A stretch of DNA of 32,000 bases from Okeania sp. (GCF_035285525.1 NZ_JAYKGW010000210.1:1-32000); one strand, 5' to 3'; shown: positions 9,689-19,442, numbered from the stretch's first letter. The notes: generated by a model not told the origin, from the letters alone. Program-made: numbers and translations.

Positions 9689-9798
9689 TGCTCTGCTGAT
9701 TGAATATAACAATTCCCACAGTTATGAAGTACATTTATGATACCCCTAAATCTCCCTTGAAAACCTATGCTTTACCTACATATTTCTTAAAATAAAAC

Positions 9799-9827
9799 TT
9801 GACAAAAGTGACAAACTATGTATAAAT
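9799..9827 (+). promoter_or_regulatory. Near-consensus sigma70-type promoter with no obvious gene
   Basis: TTGACA (9799-9804), then a 16/17-nt spacer, then TATAAA/ATAAAT (9821-9827). Downstream there are only repeat-derived, low-complexity ORFs. Confidence 0.3.
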
Positions 9828-10326
9828 CTGGGAGTGGCTTTTACGGTTCCCGATTTTTCGGGAGAAAACTGTATTGAAAAGTACACTATGAGTGAAGATT
9901 GTAGACAAGATTCTTCCTCCCTCCTCTTCTTGGTCTCTTTTGTCTTCTTGGTCTGGCTTGTCTTCTTGGTCTGGCTTGTCTCCCTTGTTTTCCCCATCCT
10001 TTCACAAGGGTTTCAGGAGTTTCTTATCAGGGATAGTTTTCTCAGGGGGGGGTTAGGGGGAATATCTAGAACTATACTTCAGGAGCTTGGGAAATGCTAT
10101 ATCAAAGTATTTACAGATAAATATTTTGCCTTTTTAGATAGAAAAAAGTGCGAACTTTTAGGCTGCCGAGGTACGGTTCCCGAAAAATTAAAAATTGAGC
10201 ATTTTTGGCTGACTATGACAGAAAATAACTATTCATAAATTTAGGTACTTTAAGTCTTTGCCAGTAATATTTCAGTCTAGAAAGCAAACTGTTTTTTTAA
10301 ATAACTTTAGTATTCTCCAGCATTAT

Positions 10327-10565
10327 TAATTAGGCTTTGCTGGTTAAATATAAAAGTATTCATAGATAAAGCTTTAAGTATTTTGAAAGTCGGAAAAAGC
10401 CCAATTTTTTGGCTGTTCAGGTTGAAAAACTTAGCATTTGAGGTTAACTAGGACAGAAAAATTGAGCAACTATTTTTTCAGTTACTTCCTCTGTAACTTT
10501 CTTAAATCCTTACCCTTGACTACTCCATACCCTAACAAAAAGACTTTTTTAGGAAACCCTAATTA
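10327..10565. mobile_element. MITE-like element, family B
   Basis: taattaggctttgctggttaaatataaaagtattcatagataaag ... cttgactactccataccctaacaaaaagacttttttaggaaaccctaatta. It has the same orientation as 9436-9688. Confidence 0.55.
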
Positions 10566-10675
10566 TCAATTATCTGTTGGTAACTTTAACTAAAGAGAAT
10601 TTAGTGTTGACTGTGTATTTCTCTCATTTGAAAAGCTCTATAAATTGATGATAGAAATTTACAAAGGAAAAAATT

Positions 10676-11209
10676 ATGACAGTATTACAAGTAGCTCAGT
10701 TAGGTAATGAGGTATTACGATATAAAGCTCAACCTATTAATAACATTAGCGATAAAAATTTACAGCAAATAATTGATAATTTAATTACTACAGTAATAGA
10801 AACAAATGGTGTGGGAATAGCTGCTCCTCAAGTTTCAATTAGCGATCGCTTATTTATTGTGGCATCGAGACCTAATCTCAGATATCCTAATGCACCTCAA
10901 ATGGAACCAACAGCTATGATTAATCCTAAATTAGTATCTCATTCAGAAGATAGAGTTAAAGGTTGGGAAGGTTGTTTAAGTGTTCCAGGAATTAGGGGTT
11001 TAGTACCAAGATATAGAGTAATAAATGTAGAGTATACTAATCGAGAAGGAAAACTAGAAAGACAAGAATTAACAGATTTTGTGGCTAGAATTTTTCAGCA
11101 TGAATATGACCATTTAGAAGGTTTAGTATTTTTAGATCGTGTGGAAAGTACTACAGATTTAATGACAGAAGATGAATATCAGAAGCAGATTATTCAGTCA
11201 AGGAATTAA
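10676..11209 (+). CDS. def: Peptide deformylase
   Basis: 177 aa with all three PDF motifs: GVGIAAPQV, EGCLSVPG and QHEYDHLEG. Confidence 0.95.
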   Translation: MTVLQVAQLGNEVLRYKAQPINNISDKNLQQIIDNLITTVIETNGVGIAAPQVSISDRLFIVASRPNLRYPNAPQMEPTAMINPKLVSHSEDRVKGWEGCLSVPGIRGLVPRYRVINVEYTNREGKLERQELTDFVARIFQHEYDHLEGLVFLDRVESTTDLMTEDEYQKQIIQSRN

Positions 11210-11364
11210 AAGCATATTTGCGGATAATTAAGCAAAATATAACAATCCTAATTTTATTTATTTGTGTCAAAAATCTTACCTTTTTTCGGCAATCGGGAAT
11301 AGGCAATGGTTAATGGGTAAAACTTTTCGAGTTTATTTCTAGTTTTTGATTTGTTACAAACTAC

Positions 11365-11636
11365 TTAGGGCTTGCTGAATAAATCTTTTTGTGAAGGTAA
11401 GGAGTAGGGAGTAAGGAGTAGTGAAGAGGCTCGGAGGAATAAGAGTTATAGAGGAGTAGGGACGTTGCATAAGGGCATCCCTACAGAATAATTGTCTCTT
11501 AATTTTTCTATCCTGAATGAGCCTTACTAATGCTAACTTTTTCACCTTTTTGACCTAAAAAATGGTACTTTTTCCCGACATAAAGTTGCTAAAAAATTTA
11601 TATTTGCATACTTTTAGGCTTTTTCAGCACACCCTA
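11365..11636. mobile_element. MITE-like element, family B, inverted orientation
   Basis: ttagggcttgctgaataaatctttttgtgaaggtaaggagtagggagtaagg ... acttttaggctttttcagcacaccct is the reverse complement of the family B layout. It contains a nested small hairpin, gtagggacgttgcataagggcatccctac. Confidence 0.55.
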
Positions 11637-11976
11637 CTTATGATTGCTATATTTATTACGGAAAAGAAAGAAAATAAATGCTAATAGCTGTTGGCGCAGC
11701 ATTCCGCTGGAAATACTTACAAATAAATTATTTATCATAAGTTAGAAGTTAGAAATCTTAATTAAAATTTAGTTGTAGTTCTTTTGTTTAATGTGTATAG
11801 TTGTTATAGTTGTAGTCAATTGACACACCTAAAATTTGGCAATATGCTATGGGCGAATTATAGTTTGAATTTACAAGTTTAACCAAATGAAATACCCTCA
11901 CCCTAAAATTTAACACACAAAATTAGTTGTGTTAGTTCAGTAGTTAAAAATAGTAAAAAAAAGCAAGAAAATATTT

Positions 11977-12546
11977 ATGAGTATTAATCTTACCAAAGGT
12001 GAAAGAGTTAGTCTATCTAAAGAAGCACCTGGAATGAAAAAAGCGGCGGCAGGTTTAGGATGGGATGTTAATGTCTCAGATACAGGTTCAGATTTTGACT
12101 TGGATGTTTCTGTATTTATGTTAACAGCAAGTGGCAAAATTCCTCAAGATAAATATTTTGTTTTTTATAATAACTTGAAATCCCCTGATGGTTCAGTAGA
12201 ATCTATGGGAGATAGTCGTACAGGAAAAGGAGAAGGAGATGATGAGACTATCACTGTAGATTTATCAAAAGTTGATTCGACAATTGAAGAAATTATTTTT
12301 GTTGTTACTATATATGAAGCAGAGAAAAGAAGGCAAAATTTTGGGCAGGTGAGAAATTCTTATATCAGAATTTATGATGGGGAAACTCAAGAAGAAATAA
12401 CTAAGTATGAACTAGAAGAAGATTTTTCCAGAGAAACAGCTATAGAGTTTGGTAAATTATATAAAAAAAATGATGAATGGAAATTTCAAGCTGTGGGAGA
12501 AGGTTATAATTCTGGTTTAGAAAGTTTTGTACAAAAATACACCTAA
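11977..12546 (+). CDS. terD: TerD-family stress / tellurium-resistance protein (paralogue 1)
   Basis: 189 aa. Reads MSINLTKGERVSLSK...GLGWDV...DFDLDVSVFML and has the Ca-binding loop GDSRTGKGEGDDETI, with C-terminal EWKFQAVGEGY. Confidence 0.9.
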   Translation: MSINLTKGERVSLSKEAPGMKKAAAGLGWDVNVSDTGSDFDLDVSVFMLTASGKIPQDKYFVFYNNLKSPDGSVESMGDSRTGKGEGDDETITVDLSKVDSTIEEIIFVVTIYEAEKRRQNFGQVRNSYIRIYDGETQEEITKYELEEDFSRETAIEFGKLYKKNDEWKFQAVGEGYNSGLESFVQKYT

Positions 12547-12553
12547 ATTAATA

Positions 12554-12852
12554 GTAAGCATTTAGTTATTAGCATTCAGGAGTCAACTTTGGAAAGAAGT
12601 AAATATTTGCTAAACTTCTACTATATTTATCATTAGAGAATTGAAAGATAATAAAAAGTTTAATTCTTCCAAATTCTCTTTTCCAGGAATTACTCAAAAA
12701 ATCAGATTAACCAGAAATGTATGAAAATGTTATCAGATATTTCAATTTGCTTTTAACTATACTTGAGTATAGAAATTAAACCTGGGAAATACTGCGATTT
12801 TACTTCATTTCATCTGAAGCTAATTTCTAATTGCGGATATCTGAATACTTAC
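12554..12852. mobile_element. Degenerate MITE family A copy between terD paralogues 1 and 2
   Basis: Left end gtaagcatttagttattagcattcagg, right end ctaatttctaattgcggatatctgaatacttac. The ends are diverged. It starts 7 nt after the terD-1 stop. Confidence 0.4.
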
Positions 12853-12915
12853 TTTTTCACAAATAATTTTTTACTGGTATAAATTATTATAAAAAAATAT
12901 AGAGAGGAAAAATAA

Positions 12916-13488
12916 ATGTCTGTTAAACTCAGTAAAGGTCACAGAATTAATCTTTCTAAAGATGCACCAGGTTTAACAAAAGTTGCTATTGGTTTAGGAT
13001 GGGATGTTAATCCTACGGATACAGGTACAGAATTTGATTTAGATGCTTCTGTATTTATGTTAGGAAACGATGGAAAAATTCCAGAAGATGAATATTTTGT
13101 TTTCTACAATAATTTAAAATCTCCAGATGGCGCCGTCAAGCATTGGGGAGATAACAGAACTGGAGAAGGAGAAGGAGATGATGAAACAATAGAAGTAGAT
13201 TTAAATAATGTTAATTCTAGCATTCAAGAACTACTTTTTGTTGTGACTATCCATGAAGCAGAAAAAAGAAGGCAAAACTTTGGTCAAGTTAAAAATTCTT
13301 TCATTAGACTTTACAATTTAGAGACTCAAGAAGAAATAACAAATTATGAATTAGAAGAAGATTTTTCCAGAGAAACTGCCATAGAATTTGGTCGTCTCTA
13401 TAAGAAAAATGGTGAATGGAGATTTCAAGCAGTAGGAGCAGGATATAATGCTGGGTTACAAACTTTTGTAGAAAAATACGTTTATTAA
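12916..13488 (+). CDS. terD: TerD-family protein (paralogue 2)
   Basis: 190 aa, by eye roughly three-quarters identical to paralogue 1. Contains GDNRTGEGEGDDETI and EAEKRRQNFGQV. Confidence 0.9.
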   Translation: MSVKLSKGHRINLSKDAPGLTKVAIGLGWDVNPTDTGTEFDLDASVFMLGNDGKIPEDEYFVFYNNLKSPDGAVKHWGDNRTGEGEGDDETIEVDLNNVNSSIQELLFVVTIHEAEKRRQNFGQVKNSFIRLYNLETQEEITNYELEEDFSRETAIEFGRLYKKNGEWRFQAVGAGYNAGLQTFVEKYVY

Positions 13489-13657
13489 GTTAAAGAGTAT
13501 TTTGGGTAGGGTGATCGCTAAAACTAAAAACTTGAAAAATACTTAGCAGTATGTTATTTATTTTCTTAATTATCCGAATCATATAAACTATAATTAATAC
13601 TTTCTATTTGTACCAAAAATTAATTTTTTTTTAGAGTTTATAAAGGAGAACAAATAT

Positions 13658-14260
13658 ATGACTATCAATCTCAAAAAAGGACAAAAAATTGTACTTGATA
13701 AAAGTGAATATGATCTATCAAAACTGACAATGGGTTTAGGATGGGATGTAGCAAAATCTCAAGGTGGTTTAGCTGGTTTATTCGGTGGTAGATCGGATTT
13801 TGATCTTGATGCTTATGCAATCTTATTAGAAGCAAATGAAAAACTGAAAAATTACAAAGAAGATGTGGTTTATTATGGTCATTTAGAATCTAAGGATAAA
13901 ACAGTAATTCATTCAGGAGATAATCTGACTGGAGAAGGGGAGGGAGATGATGAACAAATAATTTTGAAACTAAATTCTATTCCTGAAAAATACCAGAAAA
14001 TTATTCTCGCAGTAAGTATTTATCAAGCTAAAGAAAGAAAACAAGAGTTTGGAATGGTAGAAAATGCTTTTGTTAGAGCTGTTGATAATAAAGGAGTAGA
14101 AATAGCACAATATACTTTATCTGGTAATGGTACTTATCAAGGTAAAATATCAATGTTAATGGGAGCAGTTTATCGAGATAATACACTTTGGAAATTTAGT
14201 GCTTTGGGCGATCCTTTAGATACTGATATGAATGGTGTAGTTGGTTCGTTTATGAAATAA
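13658..14260 (+). CDS. terD: TerD-family protein (paralogue 3, more divergent)
   Basis: 200 aa. Reads MTINLKKGQKIVLDK...GLGWDV with an extra loop SQGGLAGLFGGRSDFDLDAY, then GDNLTGEGEGDDEQI. RBS aaggag lies about 8 nt upstream. Confidence 0.85.
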   Translation: MTINLKKGQKIVLDKSEYDLSKLTMGLGWDVAKSQGGLAGLFGGRSDFDLDAYAILLEANEKLKNYKEDVVYYGHLESKDKTVIHSGDNLTGEGEGDDEQIILKLNSIPEKYQKIILAVSIYQAKERKQEFGMVENAFVRAVDNKGVEIAQYTLSGNGTYQGKISMLMGAVYRDNTLWKFSALGDPLDTDMNGVVGSFMK

Positions 14261-14842
14261 ATATTAGTTGCCGAAGAATTATAATTAAATAATAATTCGC
14301 CCCTTGAATGCTCCCCTTTATTTAAAAGGAAAAAAAATAAATTTTTTCTTTTTATTCAATCCTCTTCCTTTTAGGGAGAGGTAATCATGAATTATCCATT
14401 ATTGAAGATTTTTTAAAATTACAAATTCTTTTTTAGATAGATGGACATTTTAAGAATCCAAAGTTAATTATTTATCAATCAATTTGATAGAGGAGTTTCT
14501 ATTACACCCAAACTTTAAAGATAACATCTATCTTATCTAGTAAGGGCAAATCGCGATTCACCCCCTACAGATAGTCTATAATTTCTTTTTTGTATAAATT
14601 CTGATTATGATTAATTAAATGGTAGAAAAAATACTCAAATTTCCCTACCCAAGAAAATGATTTCATAACTGATAACTAATAGTTTATAGTTTACGTCTAA
14701 TTTTTAATTTTTAATTTTTAATTTTGAACTTTGTGAAGGATTGTTGCTTTGTTTCCAAGAAATGAGATTGTGGTAGTGGCTATCTATTATCGTCATAAGC
14801 GGGTAAATATATAACTAACTATAACAATAACTATAAGTATCA

Positions 14843-15577
14843 ATGTACAGACCATTTCTTGAATATTTAGAGAAAGATTTATTTGATAAATTTGACTTAC
14901 GCAGTAGACCAATTCCTGCTGGTTTAGAAGGAAATGTTAGTAATAGAGGGAAGAATCAAGCGACGATTCAAAGTTGGTGCTATGAGTGTACTGAACTGAG
15001 AAAAATACGTTATACCTATATTGATGCGGGGTCTGCAGCTCAAGTTTTTAATAGCGTGATTTATCCCAGTTACCACTACGATATTCCACTGTTAGGAATA
15101 GACCTGTTATGTTTTGGTAAAAACAAAATCTTAATAGTATTAGATTTTCAACCTTTATTCCAAGAAGAATCATATTTAACAAAGTATATAGAACCGATGC
15201 GATCGCTACGAGAGAAATATAATGACTTAGCTCAAAATTTAGAAATGAAATTTTACGATGCTAATCAATATTTTTCCAAATATTTATTATTTGCCAAAAC
15301 AGATGCAGAAACAGTAAAAACTACATTTTTCGAAGCTTATCAAGACTACATTAATTTATATTGGCAAATGTTAGACAGAGCAGAAATTATTGAGAAAGAA
15401 GAAGAGATTAAAAAGATAGTTAAAGCTCAAAAAGATTACGATCAATATAGTGCTGAACGAGATCCAGCATCAGGATTATTTAGTAGTTATTTCGGCCATG
15501 AATGGTCAGAAAAATTTCTCTACGAATTCTTATTTGAAGATGCTGTACCATTAGCAGTTCCTACTAAAGCTCGATGA
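14843..15577 (+). CDS. pebA: 15,16-dihydrobiliverdin:ferredoxin oxidoreductase (PebA)
   Basis: 244 aa ferredoxin-dependent bilin reductase. IQSWCYEC...RYTYIDAG...QVFNSVIYP..YDIPLLGIDLL.F......VLDFQPL, QKDYDQYSAERDPASGLFSSYFGHEWSEKFLYEFLF matches my recollection of PebA rather than PcyA or PebB. Confidence 0.85.
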   Translation: MYRPFLEYLEKDLFDKFDLRSRPIPAGLEGNVSNRGKNQATIQSWCYECTELRKIRYTYIDAGSAAQVFNSVIYPSYHYDIPLLGIDLLCFGKNKILIVLDFQPLFQEESYLTKYIEPMRSLREKYNDLAQNLEMKFYDANQYFSKYLLFAKTDAETVKTTFFEAYQDYINLYWQMLDRAEIIEKEEEIKKIVKAQKDYDQYSAERDPASGLFSSYFGHEWSEKFLYEFLFEDAVPLAVPTKAR

Positions 15578-15643
15578 AGTTGTTAAGTATTAACTTTAAG
15601 AACTTAACTCACACTTTTTCAATCATTTCAAAAGGGTTTTCAA

Positions 15644-15790
15644 TAATTAGGGTTTGCTGAAAAAGTTTCATGGTTAAGGTAGGGAAAACTTAACTGGGAA
15701 CAGGGAAAAGTAAACCCTAATTATTGATTATTAATTATTAATTCTTAATTAGGGTTTGCTTATAAGAAGTATTTTTCAGCAAACCCTAAA
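15644..15790. repeat. Two short family B derivatives (TIR-TIR minimal elements)
   Basis: taattagggtttgctgaaaaagtttcatgg...gtaaaccctaatta (15644-15724) and taattagggtttgcttataagaagtatttttcagcaaaccctaaata (15747-15790). Confidence 0.5.
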
Positions 15791-15883
15791 TAATGTTAAT
15801 AAAATCTGTTAGGATACTATGTTTTATGATTTAAAACTAAATATAAAACCTGACAAAATAGAGAAGTTATATATTTTCAATCC

Positions 15884-16098
15884 AAGCATTCAGTCGTCAG
15901 CTATCAGCTCTCAGCTATTGTTTTGAGTTTTTGATATAAGCTTTATGATAGGGTTCCCGATAAATCAGAAATTTTATCTGACTAAAAAGTTCAGTTTTCA
16001 AGTATATCAAGTATATATACATATATTTGTTTAAATCTTTTCCTTAAGGTAGAGGTTTTTATTGCTGATAGCTGAGATGCTAATAGCTGAATGCTTAC
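15884..16098. mobile_element. MITE-like element, family A
   Basis: aagcattcagtcgtcagctatcagctctcagc ... ctgatagctgagatgctaatagctgaatgcttac. Flanks TTTTCAAT / TTTACAAT match 7/8 and are TSD-like. Confidence 0.6.
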
Positions 16099-16228
16099 TT
16101 TACAATTCATTCAATAGATATTTTATAAAGAGTAAATATCTTGAAAAATTAGGCTCTTTTTTCATTATGTTGTAATGATGAAAAAAATTTAACTTTAGTA
16201 TTTCAATTTTCTAACTGATAACTGAATA

Positions 16229-16999
16229 ATGACACAAACAGAAAATATTGTGAACCTATATCAACCTTTTTTAGATTATGCTCTGATTCAGCTCAAGCAA
16301 GAACTAGAACTACAACCTTACCCTATACCTTCTGGATTTAAGCATAAAGTTGCTACAACTGGCAAGGGCAAAAAAGAACAAGAAGTACAAACAACCAGTT
16401 ATGGTTACTCTAGTCCCAAACTCCGGCAAATTAGAGCAGCTCATGTCCAAGGTGGCAGTGCCCTGCAAGTATTAAACTTTGTTATATTCCCTCATCTGAA
16501 TTATGATTTACCCTTTTTTGGGGCAGATTTAGTCACCTTACCAGGGGGACATTTAATTGCCCTAGATATGCAGCCCTTATTTCGGGAGGACCCCCAGTAC
16601 CAAGAAAAGTATACTCAACCCATAAGGGAGACTTTCCAGGAATATCAAAAATATTTACCTTGGGGAGGTGACTTCCCAGAAGAAGCAACCCCATTCTTTT
16701 CTCCAGCTTTTCTTTGGACTCGTCCTCAAAAAACTGAGTTAGTTGAGACAAAAGTATTCGAGGCATTTAAAGATTACCTGCAAGCTTATTTAATTTTTGT
16801 AAAGCAAGCCGAACCCATTACGAATCCAGAGAAATTAGGAGAAATTAAAGAGGCCCAACTGCGTTATATCAGATATCGAGCTGAGAAAGATCCAGCGAGG
16901 GGAATGTTTACCAGATTTTATGGCCCAGAATGGACAGAAGAATATATTCATGGCTTTTTATTTGACCTAGAAAGGAAATTGGCCCTAAATCCCACCTAA
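16229..16999 (+). CDS. pebB: Phycoerythrobilin:ferredoxin oxidoreductase (PebB)
   Basis: 256 aa. [73 protein letters not shown] and [36 protein letters not shown] are PebB hallmarks as I recall them. Confidence 0.85.
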   Translation: MTQTENIVNLYQPFLDYALIQLKQELELQPYPIPSGFKHKVATTGKGKKEQEVQTTSYGYSSPKLRQIRAAHVQGGSALQVLNFVIFPHLNYDLPFFGADLVTLPGGHLIALDMQPLFREDPQYQEKYTQPIRETFQEYQKYLPWGGDFPEEATPFFSPAFLWTRPQKTELVETKVFEAFKDYLQAYLIFVKQAEPITNPEKLGEIKEAQLRYIRYRAEKDPARGMFTRFYGPEWTEEYIHGFLFDLERKLALNPT

Positions 17000-17284
17000 C
17001 TTTCCAGTGTCAGAGAAGTTTGTTAATAATTTGTAATAAACAAACACACAACAGCATTGTATAAAGAATATCTGAAGGGTTTAAAAGATAGGGAAAATCA
17101 AATAAGACCACTAATAAATGAAGTTGAAAAACTTCTCATAAAGAGTGTAAGATTTTCTCAGGATTATTAAACAGTTCCGACTTACTTTTCCAGGTATGGA
17201 CATATATTCCTATCCTGAAAAAAACTAAAAAAATACCCATAGCATCGAAAAGTAACTAAAATAAAGCAAATTAGGAGAATAAAA

Positions 17285-17803
17285 ATGTTTGATGCTTTCA
17301 CAAAAGTAGTTTCCCAGGCAGATGCCAGGGGTGATTTTGTTCCTGCTGGACAAATTGATGCTCTAGCAGCAATGGTTGCAGATAGCAACAAGCGGATAGA
17401 CGCAGTTAACCGTATCACTAGCAACGCTTCTAGTATTGTTGCTAATGCAGCTCGCTCTTTATTCGCAGACCAGCCTCAGTTGATAGCTCCCGGTGGAAAT
17501 GCTTATACCAGCCGTCGGATGGCTGCTTGCTTGCGTGATATGGAAATTATCCTACGTTATGTAACTTATGCTACTTTTGCGGGTGATGCAAGTGTACTAG
17601 ATGACCGTTGTCTAAATGGTCTGCGTGAAACTTACTTAGCTCTAGGAACTCCTGGCGCTTCTGTAGCATTAGGTGTACAAAAAATGAAAGAAGCAGCTAT
17701 TGCTATTGCTAACGATCCTAGTGGCATTACTCCTGGAGATTGTTCCTCTTTAATGGCTGAGATTGGTGGCTACTTCGACCGCGCAGCAGCAGCAGTCGCT
17801 TAA
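17285..17803 (+). CDS. cpcB: Phycocyanin-type phycobiliprotein beta subunit
   Basis: 172 aa, with no phycoerythrin-type insertion. [16 protein letters not shown]...[30 protein letters not shown] carries Cys82, [12 protein letters not shown] carries Cys153, and the C-terminus reads [13 protein letters not shown] aggaga lies 7 nt upstream. Confidence 0.92.
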   Translation: MFDAFTKVVSQADARGDFVPAGQIDALAAMVADSNKRIDAVNRITSNASSIVANAARSLFADQPQLIAPGGNAYTSRRMAACLRDMEIILRYVTYATFAGDASVLDDRCLNGLRETYLALGTPGASVALGVQKMKEAAIAIANDPSGITPGDCSSLMAEIGGYFDRAAAAVA

Positions 17804-17908
17804 AAACACTGTAAAAAACTTTTTTGTAAGGATGCACTTTAGCATCTCTACAGATTTTAAATTTCTACCAAAATTTGTACTCACAATAATAAGGAAAGTA
17901 CCTCAAAA

Positions 17909-18397
17909 ATGAAAACCCCTTTGACTGAAGCAGTAACTGCGGCAGATTCTCAAGGCCGCTTCCTGACTAGCACAGAATTATTTGCAGCGTTTGGTCGCTA
18001 TAAGTATGCTACAGCAAGTTTAGAAGCTGCTAAGGCTCTAACTCAAAAATCTCAATCCTTGATTGATGGAGCTGCTCAAGCAGTATATAACAAGTTCCCT
18101 TACACTACTACAATGCAGGGACCTAACTATGCTTCTACTCCTGTAGGAAAGGCCAAGTGTTCCCGTGATATTGGCTACTATCTCCGGATGGTAACATACT
18201 GCCTGATTGCTGGTGGCACTGGTCCTATGGATGAGATTCTCATCGCAGGTATTGATGAAATCAATAGCACTTTTGAATTGTCTCCTAGCTGGTACATTGA
18301 AGCTCTAAAGTACATCAAAGCTAACCACGGTATCACTGGCGATCCTGCTACTGAAGCTAACAACTACCTTGATTACGCTATTAACGCTCTCAGCTAA
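17909..18397 (+). CDS. cpcA: Phycocyanin-type phycobiliprotein alpha subunit
   Basis: 162 aa. [19 protein letters not shown]...[30 protein letters not shown] carries Cys84, followed by [18 protein letters not shown]...[10 protein letters not shown]. Confidence 0.92.
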   Translation: MKTPLTEAVTAADSQGRFLTSTELFAAFGRYKYATASLEAAKALTQKSQSLIDGAAQAVYNKFPYTTTMQGPNYASTPVGKAKCSRDIGYYLRMVTYCLIAGGTGPMDEILIAGIDEINSTFELSPSWYIEALKYIKANHGITGDPATEANNYLDYAINALS

Positions 18398-18463
18398 TAG
18401 TTGGTAATAACTCAGTGGTGAATGTGAACTTAAGGCTCACACGACTACTATAGAATAATATTT

Positions 18464-18532
18464 AACGTAGCTCGGAAAGATATACAGGTGCTGACCTGTG
18501 GTTAGTATTTGTTAATCTTTTCGAGCATCGTT
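18464..18532 (+). other. Compound stem-loop between cpcA and cpcE
   Basis: aacgtagctcggaaagat (18464-18481) pairs 16/18 with atcttttcgagcatcgtt (18515-18532). Inside is a perfect 6-bp hairpin, acaggt-gctg-acctgt (18484-18499). Confidence 0.35.
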
Positions 18533-18590
18533 ATTATTTAAGAAGGAAGAAGGCAGAAGCAGGCCATAATATCCGATAAAAATAATAACA

Positions 18591-19442
18591 ATGGAGCAGC
18601 AGCAATATTTAGAATCACCTTCAGAACAAGTATCAGATAATGGCGAGTCTCTAACTGTGGAGGAGGCGATCGCTAACTTAGGCCATGAAGAATTAGGTAA
18701 AAGATATTATGCTGCTTGGTGGTTAGGGAGATTTAGAGTTAATACTCCTGATGCTATTGAGGGTTTACTTGCTGCACTAAAAGATAAGTCTGATCGTACA
18801 GAAGATGGTGGATATCCTCTGAGACGAAATGCAGCTCGTGCTTTGGGTAAGTTAGAAGATAAAAAAGCTGTGCCTGCTTTGATAGAATGTTTGGAATGTT
18901 CTGATTATTATGTAAGAGAAGCAGCAATAGAAGCATTGGGAATGTTGGGAGATGCTAGTTGTATTCCAGCGTTAGTCAAACTTTTAGAGGGAGGAGTTGA
19001 AACTGCAGTTTTGGTTTCTGGGAAACCTCATTTAATTCAACCCTACGAAGATATTATCGAAGCCTTGGGAACACTTCAAGCTCAAGAGGCAATTTCTTTA
19101 ATTAAACCTTTTATAGAACATCCGGCAGAGAAAGTAAAATATGCTGCTGCCAGAGCATTGTATCAACTGACGGGAGAAGCAGTCTATGGAGAATATTTGA
19201 CTCAAGCATTAGATGGTGATAATTTACAGTTACGACGTTCTGCATTGTTAGATTTAGCAGCGATCGGTTATTTACCCGCAGCGAAGGCAATATCAGAAAC
19301 CTTAGCTGAAAATAGTATGAAATTAATTGCTTTGAAAGGACTTTTAGAATATCACCTCACCAAAAATTCAAAAGTAGAATCTCAAATATTATTATCAGAT
19401 GAGGCTATTGAAGTAATGACTCTAATGGATTCGCTTTTATAA
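18591..19442 (+). CDS. cpcE: HEAT-repeat phycobilin lyase, E subunit (CpcE/RpcE/PecE family)
   Basis: 283 aa. Contains RYYAAWWLGRFRV, LRRNAARALGKLEDKKAVPALIECL, YYVREAAIEALGMLGD and a C-terminal NSMKLIALKGLL. Confidence 0.85.
   Translation: MEQQQYLESPSEQVSDNGESLTVEEAIANLGHEELGKRYYAAWWLGRFRVNTPDAIEGLLAALKDKSDRTEDGGYPLRRNAARALGKLEDKKAVPALIECLECSDYYVREAAIEALGMLGDASCIPALVKLLEGGVETAVLVSGKPHLIQPYEDIIEALGTLQAQEAISLIKPFIEHPAEKVKYAAARALYQLTGEAVYGEYLTQALDGDNLQLRRSALLDLAAIGYLPAAKAISETLAENSMKLIALKGLLEYHLTKNSKVESQILLSDEAIEVMTLMDSLL

Noticed and set aside
9776-10238. ORFs 9776-9997(-) and 9834-10238(+)
   Set aside because: They overlap each other, are driven by an 18-bp tandem repeat (KKTSQTKKTSQT / FLVWLVFLVWLV), have no RBS, and sit in repeat-derived DNA.
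11354-12137. ORFs 11354-11545(-) and 11937-12137(-)
   Set aside because: The first lies inside a family B MITE. The second is antisense to the start of terD-1. Neither has coding features.
18131-18160. Alpha-subunit motif [11 protein letters not shown](84) as direct evidence for a non-PCB chromophore (it resembles PecA/RpcA rather than the GKDKC of some CpcA)
   Set aside because: As I recall, PCB-binding C-phycocyanin alpha subunits of Mastigocladus and Anabaena also read YASTPEGKAKC, so the motif does not discriminate chromophore type. The R-phycocyanin idea therefore rests only on gene context.
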